A DNA stretch of 64,000 nt from an uncultured Gammaproteobacteria bacterium (GTDB lineage: Bacteria; Pseudomonadota; Gammaproteobacteria; JAADHQ01). The stretch is taken from assembly GCA_947258655.1 (NCBI GenBank), contig CAMYJD010000021.1:8476-72475 (forward strand). The letters are read 5' to 3'. Within the stretch, counting starts at the first letter, position 1; the number at the start of each line of letters is the position of its first letter. Both the position numbers and the translations under genes were made by a program. The notes under the pieces are model-generated. The model did no database searches and was not told the origin of the DNA. It saw only the letters and a program-made list of their open reading frames with translations. This document shows, in pieces, positions 57,081 through 64,000 of this stretch.

Positions 57081-57140
57081 GGGGTCAGAGAACAATTAAT
57101 GCTAATATTAGAAAGAATTGTTCTCTGACCCCCTTTTTTT
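57081..57140 (+). terminator. Strong rho-independent terminator
   Basis: GGGGTCAGAGAACAATT ... AATTGTTCTCTGACCCC: a perfect 17-bp stem followed by TTTTTTT. Confidence 0.8.
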
Positions 57141-57224
57141 GTCGCCCCCATTTTTTTGCAACCTTGGCAAGTTGCTTTGAGTGCATGTGAGCGAAACCTT
57201 AGCCGCTGGCTGTGTGCCAGTTGG

Positions 57225-57758
57225 CTATTGATCCTCTAGATTGGTTTCAGGTTCTAATACCTCCTCGACGGCTTTGGCCGTCGCCCGCACCGATCCGCTG
57301 GAAAGCACAGGCGCGGCATCAATTTTTTCCGCATCCATCATCGCGGCAATACGTTGCAGTGACGCCAAAAGCTGAGTTTGTTCCCAATCCTGCAGATTAT
57401 TAAAACGCTGAGCAAACCATTCCTGGAGCAATGGCGGCGATTGCTTAAGCAAGGCCAGAGCGGCATCCGTTGCCAGCACAATCACGCGACGACGGTCTTG
57501 TGTATCCCGCTGTCGCTTGATCAGTCCCCGTTGCTCGAGACGATTGAGGATATCGGTGACCGTTCCCTGGCTGAGACTAACCTGAGTCGCCAACTCGCCC
57601 GCAGAAAGACTGCCACCCTGTAATGCCTTTAGAATTAGCGCCTGGGGCCCGGTCAAGCCGTGGCTTTCCACCAGAGTCCGGGAATGCAGATCCACAGCGC
57701 GAATCACCCGCCGCAAGGCAACGATCACCTGATCACCCATGTCGTCATACTTTTTCAA
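57225..57758 (-). CDS. MarR-family transcriptional regulator
   Basis: 177 aa. wHTH L.GPQALILKAL..G.LSAGELA..V.LSQGTVT.IL.RLE.RGLI.R.RD..DRR. Confidence 0.85.
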   Translation of the reverse strand: MKKYDDMGDQVIVALRRVIRAVDLHSRTLVESHGLTGPQALILKALQGGSLSAGELATQVSLSQGTVTDILNRLEQRGLIKRQRDTQDRRRVIVLATDAALALLKQSPPLLQEWFAQRFNNLQDWEQTQLLASLQRIAAMMDAEKIDAAPVLSSGSVRATAKAVEEVLEPETNLEDQ

Positions 57759-58297
57759 AATATATCTGCCCGCCTAATACTTTGTATCGTAAACAATTTT
57801 AGCTCCAAATTGATATATACGACTTTAATAATTAGTTTATTTCCCGTATAATACTCGTTTTTACAGTATTTTATACCAATAAACAATTATTTTGGACACG
57901 AAATATACTTATCGATAATGGTAATTACTGCGCCGATTGAAACCATGCCCAGCAACGACTACCGTGTAAACGAAAAACGCTGGCGGCGAAAACACCTGTT
58001 TCGGGAACGACGCCTTCGCCCCACCGTTCGGCTTGCCCCCCCGCCTTCTGCTCATCCTAGCCGCCCCGGCGACTATGGGATGGTGGCTGGATGTGCCGCC
58101 TTTCGGCCTCCTCGTCGGGGGAGTGTCGCCATGATAGGACATACTGATCGGCAGGGCCCATTTTCGCAAGACCAACCAAATGTCAATGACAGTTGTACTA
58201 ATACCGGCAGACTGCACACAACATATTCCTATGACAAAGGAAATACCAGTTCCCCTGCCAGTTAGCACGATAAAAAGTAAAACCTGAGGAGCAAATA

Positions 58298-59119
58298 ATG
58301 AACAACTTAGTAAGTCATAAAATCTGGCGTAATCGTTTGAAACAGATTGACGACCCTATCCAGGATATTCACATCCCCAAACATCTTGATGATGAACACG
58401 ATCAGGATGAGGAATGGTGTGAAGTCATTACCCGTAGCAAAACCCAACGTGTCCGCTTTCATGATTATGATGAGGTGTTTGAGATACCGGGCCTTTATGA
58501 AAAGCTGTTCTACGACACGCTTGAGTGTTGCTCGCCCAGCTATGTAGTGAATTTGCTCGAAGACGTTGCTAACGAATGGGACGCCGAACTGAGTGACTTC
58601 AAGGTGCTGGATGTCGGCGCCGGCAATGGCATGGTGGGTGATGAACTGCGTCACCGTGGCGCCTGCAAGGTGGTTGGCGTGGACATCATAGAAGAAGCGA
58701 AAGTGGCAACGTTGCGTGATCGCCCCGGTGTTTATACTGACTATCGCGTGGCCGACCTCACCAGGCTACCGAAGACCGATGAAGAAGCACTGCGAAAACA
58801 CAATCTGAACTGTATGACCACAATAGCCGCGCTAGGCTATGGTGACATTCCGCCGCTGGCGTTTCTCAAGGCGTTAGACCTCATCAGCACCCCGGCATGG
58901 CTCGCATTCAATATTAAGGAAGACTTTCTGCATGAAAGCGATCAAAGTGGCTTCAGCCAGCTGATCCGCCATCTGATACAAAAGGATTACATACAACCAC
59001 AGTGCTATCGGCGCTACCGCCACCGCTTGTCAATTGCCGGTGAGCCGCTTTTTTACATTGCCATGATCGCCAAAAAGTGCAAGCCGGTAGAGGCTAAGTT
59101 ATTTAGCAACTACACGTAA
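58298..59119 (+). CDS. Class I SAM-dependent methyltransferase
   Basis: 273 aa. Motif I VLDVGAGNGMVG, with GAGGAG upstream of the ATG. Confidence 0.75.
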   Translation: MNNLVSHKIWRNRLKQIDDPIQDIHIPKHLDDEHDQDEEWCEVITRSKTQRVRFHDYDEVFEIPGLYEKLFYDTLECCSPSYVVNLLEDVANEWDAELSDFKVLDVGAGNGMVGDELRHRGACKVVGVDIIEEAKVATLRDRPGVYTDYRVADLTRLPKTDEEALRKHNLNCMTTIAALGYGDIPPLAFLKALDLISTPAWLAFNIKEDFLHESDQSGFSQLIRHLIQKDYIQPQCYRRYRHRLSIAGEPLFYIAMIAKKCKPVEAKLFSNYT

Positions 59120-59360
59120 GCCTGGGTTCATTGTGCCTCGCAATCGGTATCTATAACCGCTGCGAGAGCTGCATTTCGACACCTCTGTTACGCTACCACG
59201 ACTTACGCTCCGGCGGCGCTCAGGAATATGTTTGTTAACCCTTCGGCACCATATGATGCCCACGGGGAATTAGCGTATTTCCCATGCCAACGGCATTGAT
59301 ATCTTTTTGTTGTTCAACGCACACAATAGCGCCCAAACCGGGTGCGTCTCTCTCGGCTTG

Positions 59361-59377
59361 GGCACCACAATGGGGCA
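59361..59377. promoter_or_regulatory. NtrC-type enhancer-like site
   Basis: GGCACCACAATGGGGCA vs consensus TGCACCA-N3-TGGTGCA (2 mismatches), 85-100 nt upstream of the -24 at 59461. Confidence 0.35.
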
Positions 59378-59460
59378 AAACAGCCTGTTTGAACTACACC
59401 ATCAAGCAAGCAGGCTTTATTAAGACCCTGACTTTTCAGGTATTTTCGAACAGGCTTAGC

Positions 59461-59476
59461 TGGCATGACTCATGCG
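59461..59476 (+). promoter_or_regulatory. Sigma-54 promoter-like element (TGGCAT-N5-ATGCG) upstream of the glutaminase gene
   Basis: GCTGGCATGACTCATGCGTA with GG-N10-GC spacing. It lies upstream of every candidate start (TTG 59506, ATG 59563, GTG 59581, ATG 59590); a -12-derived TSS near 59487 would leave only ~19 nt before the TTG. Confidence 0.4.
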
Positions 59477-59505
59477 TAGTATTCATATGAAGATTACAAA
59501 ATCTA

Positions 59506-61539
59506 TTGGATCGTTGTCTGGCCGGAAATCCCAGCCTCGGTGGCGCACTTCGGTATGGTTTTATGAATTATGAGGTCCCTGTGAACAGCATGAAAGCCAA
59601 GCAGACGGATACACAGCCGGGAAGCCAGGCTCTATTACAGACGTTTTTACAAGACTTATACTATTCATTACAGCATGATACGAACGGCATAGTAGCAAAT
59701 CACTTGCCTGAATTATCGCAAGCTGATCCAGATTGGTTTGGTCTATGCGCCATGACCCACGATGGGATCATACAAGAGGCGGGTGACAGTCGCATTGCGT
59801 TTACCGTTCAATCGATTGCCAAACCGTTGATACTCGCGTTGGCATTGGCAGACCATGGCACCGACACGATATTGGATACAATCGGTGTTGAGCCAACGGG
59901 GGAAAGGTTTGATTCCATTCTGTATTCAGAGGGCCAGGAAAACCATAAGCTTAATCCGTTCATGAACGCCGGTGCGATTGCCACATTAGACCTGATTGGC
60001 GGGCAAAATCTAGAAGAACGTTTCATGCGGATTTGCAGTTTATTGCAGCGCCTGTTGTCCAGGCCCGTGGTCATCGATCAAAATGCACTGGCATCCCGGC
60101 GCCAGCATGACCATCACAATCGAGCCATTGCTTACTTATTACTTAGTCGGGGTATTATAAAAGGATCAGTGGAAGACCTGCTGGAACTTTATCACCGCAT
60201 ATGTTGCATTACGCTGGATTGTCGAGACCTGGCAACTATTGCGGCGGTATTTGCCAACGCCGGAGTTCATCCGCAACACAATCAACGTGTGTTGCCTACC
60301 GAACACGTGAAAACAATTCTTGCAGTTATGCAAACCTGTGGTATGTATGAGTTTTCAGGCCAATGGGCCTATCGTGTAGGTTTACCGGCGAAAAGTGCTT
60401 TATGCGGCGCGATACTCGTCGTCGTACCCGGTCAATTCGGCTTTGCCGTGTATTCTCCACCCCTTGATGAGTCGCATCAAAAAAGTGTGCGCGGATTGAA
60501 AGCCTGCGAGGTATTATCGAACAAATTTGACTTGCATATGTTTCGGGCAGGCGAGTGTAAAACGCCATTAAGGAAAGTACAACACGGCCGCAAACACAAG
60601 GCACGTCACAATGATCATGACATAAACCGATTGCTTGCACATATCCATGAGCGCACAAAAGGAGGAGCTGACGGCCATTGTTATAATAGTGCGGCCGATG
60701 TGCTTCACGTTGACCCGGATGCGCATGCCATCTGCATTACAACGGTGGATGGTCGCCGCTACACAGCAGGCGATCATGATGCGCCGCTTTTGATCCAGTC
60801 CATCTCGAAAGTTTTTGCCTATGGACTAGCACTGGAAGATCACGGACGTGAGGTCGTTTTGCAAAATGTGGACGTGGAACCCAGCGGTAATCCATACGAT
60901 GAGATCATTCGTTTAGAACAGCGCTCGAAACGCCCACATAATCCAATGATAAACACAGGTGGTATTTCCACCACAGCCCTGATTAAGGGTGATGGCCCGG
61001 CGCAACGATTAGACAAAATACTGTGTATGTATGAACGCTACATAGGACATGAAGTTAATATTGATATGCGCACATATTTGGCCGAAACCAGATCAGGCGA
61101 TCGCAACAAAGCCATTGCTTATCTGTTGCGACATTTTGGCATGTTGGAAAACGAGGTTGACGATGCGCTAAGTCTATACTTGCAGCAATGCAGCGCTATT
61201 ATAAACTGTGAAGATCTGTCCGTCATGGCCGCGACATTGGCCAATGGCGGCATCAATCCATTAACAAAGCAACGGGCCATACAGGAAGATTATGTTGGTG
61301 ACTTGCTGACCGTCATGTATACCTGTGGGATGTACGATTTCGCCGGTGAATGGAGTTACCGCATCGGCTTGCCGGCAAAAAGCGGTGTCGTCGGCGGAAT
61401 ACTGGCTGTGGTACCCGGGCAAATGGGTATAGCGGTTTATTCCCCACGCCTGGATCGGCATGGCAATAGCATTGCCGGTATCAAGGCGCTTGAAGCCATC
61501 TCCGCCGAGTTAGATCTGCATATTTTTTCCTGTGCGTAA
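59506..61539 (+). CDS. Tandem-domain glutaminase (two complete glutaminase A domains in one ORF)
   Basis: The glutaminase signature set occurs twice: SI(A/S)K(P/V), NP(F/M)(M/I)N(A/T)G(A/G)I, NRAIAYLL / NKAIAYLL, TC(G)MY(E/D)F(S/A)G(Q/E)W.YR.GLPAKS(A/G), VVPGQ.G.AVYSP.LD. The true start is probably 59563-59590. Confidence 0.8.
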   Translation: MDRCLAGNPSLGGALRYGFMNYEVPVNSMKAKQTDTQPGSQALLQTFLQDLYYSLQHDTNGIVANHLPELSQADPDWFGLCAMTHDGIIQEAGDSRIAFTVQSIAKPLILALALADHGTDTILDTIGVEPTGERFDSILYSEGQENHKLNPFMNAGAIATLDLIGGQNLEERFMRICSLLQRLLSRPVVIDQNALASRRQHDHHNRAIAYLLLSRGIIKGSVEDLLELYHRICCITLDCRDLATIAAVFANAGVHPQHNQRVLPTEHVKTILAVMQTCGMYEFSGQWAYRVGLPAKSALCGAILVVVPGQFGFAVYSPPLDESHQKSVRGLKACEVLSNKFDLHMFRAGECKTPLRKVQHGRKHKARHNDHDINRLLAHIHERTKGGADGHCYNSAADVLHVDPDAHAICITTVDGRRYTAGDHDAPLLIQSISKVFAYGLALEDHGREVVLQNVDVEPSGNPYDEIIRLEQRSKRPHNPMINTGGISTTALIKGDGPAQRLDKILCMYERYIGHEVNIDMRTYLAETRSGDRNKAIAYLLRHFGMLENEVDDALSLYLQQCSAIINCEDLSVMAATLANGGINPLTKQRAIQEDYVGDLLTVMYTCGMYDFAGEWSYRIGLPAKSGVVGGILAVVPGQMGIAVYSPRLDRHGNSIAGIKALEAISAELDLHIFSCA

Positions 61540-61602
61540 TAGCAACCGCCGGCTAACCTGCACACTGCCAAACGGACTTCCATCCCGACTTGGCAACAAT
61601 AC

Positions 61603-63097
61603 TCAGTCGAGTTGCCAACGACCTACATTATCGAGCACAGCCTGTGGCTGCACGAATTGCTCCATCAGCAGGCTGTGGTAAAAACACTCTTCGTTTGATC
61701 GCAGGCGATCAGCCGTAAACCGTGCCATATACTCGTCGGTATCAATCCCCGCCGCGGCGCGGTCCAGTACTGCCACTGCCTTCATCGAACTGCTCTTTGT
61801 CACGCCATACAATCTCGGGTGGCAACAGGTCCTCGAATGCCTTGCGCAGGATCCATTTCTCGATGCGCTGACCATTGTCGCCTGTCTTAAGTTTTAATTC
61901 TGATGGCACGGTCTGGGCCATGGCAATCACATCGGTATCGAGAAACGGCACGCGCGCCTCGATAGCATGGCGCATGGTCATGCGGTCCACCCGTTGCAGG
62001 TTGATATTGTGCAGCCGGGTCACCGAGCGGCGCAGTTCACTGTGCAGCGTATCATGATCGGTAATCCCTTTGTGATAGGCGTAACCGGCAAATAATTCAT
62101 CGGCACCTTCGCCAGTCAGAATGACCTTCACCTCGTCCGCCGCCATACGCGCACAGAACCAGGTGGGAATGGCGCTACGCACCAGATCCTGGTCGAAGGA
62201 CTCCAGGTGATAGATGATCTCCGGCAGGTTTTCGACCACCTCGGCAGTACTGTATATATACTCATGATGAATAGAGCCAATGTGATCAGCGACGCGACGT
62301 GCGGCCTCTATATCACGCGAGCCTTCGATGCCCACGGAAAAGGTGTGCAGCTCGGGCATACATCGTTTAGCCACCGCCGCAATGATGCTGCTATCGAGCC
62401 CGCCGGAGAGAAACGCACCTAATGGCACATCGCTCAGCAGCCGCTTCTTCACCGCGGCCTCGATGGTCTCCCGCACCCGGCGGATGTGCACCTCCAAATC
62501 GAGATTCAGTGGCGCTTGATTTGGCACCTGATAGTAGGTGTGAAATCCGCTTTCAGAGTCATAGAGGGTGCCAGGCGGAAACTCCTTGATGTTTTGAGTG
62601 TACGGTGTCAATGCTTTGATCTCCGAGGCGAAATACAAAGACTCGGAACCATCTGCATTGATCTGCCGCGCATAGTATAACGGCTTGATGCCGATGCGAT
62701 CGCGCGCCAGTATCAGTCGATTGCCTTCAGAGATTGCAAAGGCAAACATACCATCCAGCAACCGTGGAGTCGCCAGGCCATGTTCTTCAAACATGTGAAG
62801 TATGGTTTCGCTATCGCTGTTGGAGGAAAACTCGTGGTCGGCGCCAAGTTGTCGCCGCAACTGGGGGTGATTGTAGACCATGCCATTGGCCACCAGCGTC
62901 GCACTCCGGTCTTCATTGAGAATCGGCTGTTGACCCTGGGCCGGGTCCATAATGGCCAACCGGGTGTGACCCAAAACACCTTCATTAACATGGACATGGA
63001 TCCCGTGTCCATCCGGTCCACGGTGGCGCTGGGCCTCGATCATACTTCGTACATTCGATTCGTTGACATCTCCCCAAATCCCCGCAATTCCACACAT
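61603..63097 (-). CDS. asnB: Asparagine synthase (glutamine-hydrolysing), frame broken near 61768
   Basis: MCGIAGIW Ntn start and SGGLDSS PP-loop. ORF 1 ends ..WRDKEQFDEGSGSTGPRRGGD* at 61742. The expected continuation ..VLDRAAAGIDTDEYMARF... runs in another frame to 61603. Confidence 0.85.
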
Positions 63098-63239
63098 ATA
63101 AGCACCTTGAGTAAATTCTATGTATATCGGACACTAACATGGCCGATTCCTATATATATTGGTTTAAATTGAGCTATTTCAACCCATACTTGCCAATCGA
63201 TCGCTTGAGTTCCATCGGTAAATCCAACACACTATCCGG

Positions 63240-63992
63240 ATGCTGGTATTCTCGCATGTTTCCAAACACTATGGCGATACCCAGGCCCTGGCACCAACCG
63301 ATCTTGAGGTGCCGGCCGGCGAGACCCTGGTGCTGATCGGTCCCAGTGGCTGCGGTAAATCCACCCTGTTGCGCCTGATCGCCGGCCTGATCCAGCCGGA
63401 CTCTGGCACCATTTGCCTCGACGGAACGGCGTTAACGCCGGCCAATATACTCCAGACACGGCAACGCATGGGCTACGTCATCCAGGAGGGCGGGCTGTTT
63501 CCCCATCTCACGGTGCGCGACAATGTGATCGTGATGGCGCGCTATCTGCGCCGCGATACTGGCTGGATTGATTCCCGACTTGCGCAGCTGGCTGAACTGG
63601 TGCGCCTGCCCCAGGACATGATGACCCGTTTTCCGGAAGAGCTTTCCGGCGGCCAGCGCCAACGCGTCAGCCTGATGCGTGCCCTGATGCTGGATCCGGA
63701 GCTATTACTGCTGGACGAACCGCTGGGGGCGCTGGATCCAATGATCCGTTATGAGCTGCAACAGGAGCTCAAATCCATATTCGCTCAACTCGGCAAAACT
63801 GTTGTGATGGTGACCCATGACATCGCCGAGGCGGCTTTTTTCGGACAGACCCTGGTGCTGATGCGGGACGGACGCATCGTGCAAACCGGCCCCTTCACGG
63901 AACTGGCGCGGACGCCGGCCGAGCCATTCGTTGAACAGTTCATTACTGCTCAACGCGAGCCCATGGAACAACTCGCCGCGGTGCTTAGATGA
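63240..63992 (+). CDS. ABC transporter ATP-binding protein (osmoprotectant/OpuC-type, no CBS domains)
   Basis: 250 aa. GPSGCGKST, LSGGQRQRVSLMRAL and LLLDEP. ATGA overlap at 63989 with a following gene that leaves the window. Confidence 0.85.
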   Translation: MLVFSHVSKHYGDTQALAPTDLEVPAGETLVLIGPSGCGKSTLLRLIAGLIQPDSGTICLDGTALTPANILQTRQRMGYVIQEGGLFPHLTVRDNVIVMARYLRRDTGWIDSRLAQLAELVRLPQDMMTRFPEELSGGQRQRVSLMRALMLDPELLLLDEPLGALDPMIRYELQQELKSIFAQLGKTVVMVTHDIAEAAFFGQTLVLMRDGRIVQTGPFTELARTPAEPFVEQFITAQREPMEQLAAVLR

Positions 63993-64000
63993 ACATCAGT

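Noticed and set aside
57909-58268. Overlapping 115-aa (+) and 119-aa (-) ORFs as genes. Also tested by eye against cobalamin riboswitch, tmRNA, RNase P, 6S and SRP RNA signatures.
   Set aside because: The translations are Arg/Pro/Gly-rich with no motifs or RBS. Only loose resemblances to B12-box/CAACTGT-type elements exist on the minus strand, whose downstream gene would be marR, and none of the invariant cores of the other RNAs is present. It is kept as an unexplained GC-rich non-coding block in the findings.

Overview
About 54 kb of this window (bases 1 to ~54,700) is a compact nitrogen-fixation (nif) island of the gammaproteobacterial, Azotobacter-like type. All calls come from reading the ORF translations and the DNA by eye; no searches or computations were run.

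Gene content, left to right:
- (nifS off-window)-nifU-iscA(nif), divergent from nifZ plus a SagB-type nitroreductase.
- modABC and a small Mo/redox accessory group (ABM, XdhC-like, tandem GAF).
- A long uncharacterised minus-strand operon (Rieske, GST, AAA+ ATPase, NifX-like, CCG Fe-S protein and unknowns).
- nifF.
- nifENX-RseC-like-DUF269-DUF683-fdxB and further genes.
- nifHDKT-fdx-nifY-orf-LRV-TrpD2-like-orf.
- draT, then a SIR2-like gene, sodB and a hemerythrin.
- nifB-fdxN-nifO-flavodiiron-2x ferredoxin-nifQ-draG-ald.
- nifLA.
- rnfABCDGEH.
- rhodanese/ankyrin-grx5-bolA-nafY.

At least ten sigma-54 (-24 GG / -12 GC) promoters can be read directly. Most have a TGT-N10-ACA NifA-type UAS 60-120 nt upstream. 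This gives a NifA regulon map that includes modABC, the AAA+ operon and the SIR2-like gene.

The island ends at ~54.7-57.1 kb in a junk-like junction. It holds a Fic-family gene remnant and an AbiEi/AbiEii-like wHTH + nucleotidyltransferase pair. These are flanked by two 108-nt direct repeats that carry a compensatory base-pair change and are followed by intrinsic terminators, plus a third 20-nt partial copy. To the right lie visibly more GC-rich housekeeping-type genes: marR, a methyltransferase, a tandem-domain glutaminase, asnB and an ABC ATPase.

Two highly conserved genes, nifH and asnB, each read as broken by a single frameshift. This is either an assembly error or real pseudogenisation.

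No rRNA, intact tRNA, CRISPR array, transposase or integrase was seen.
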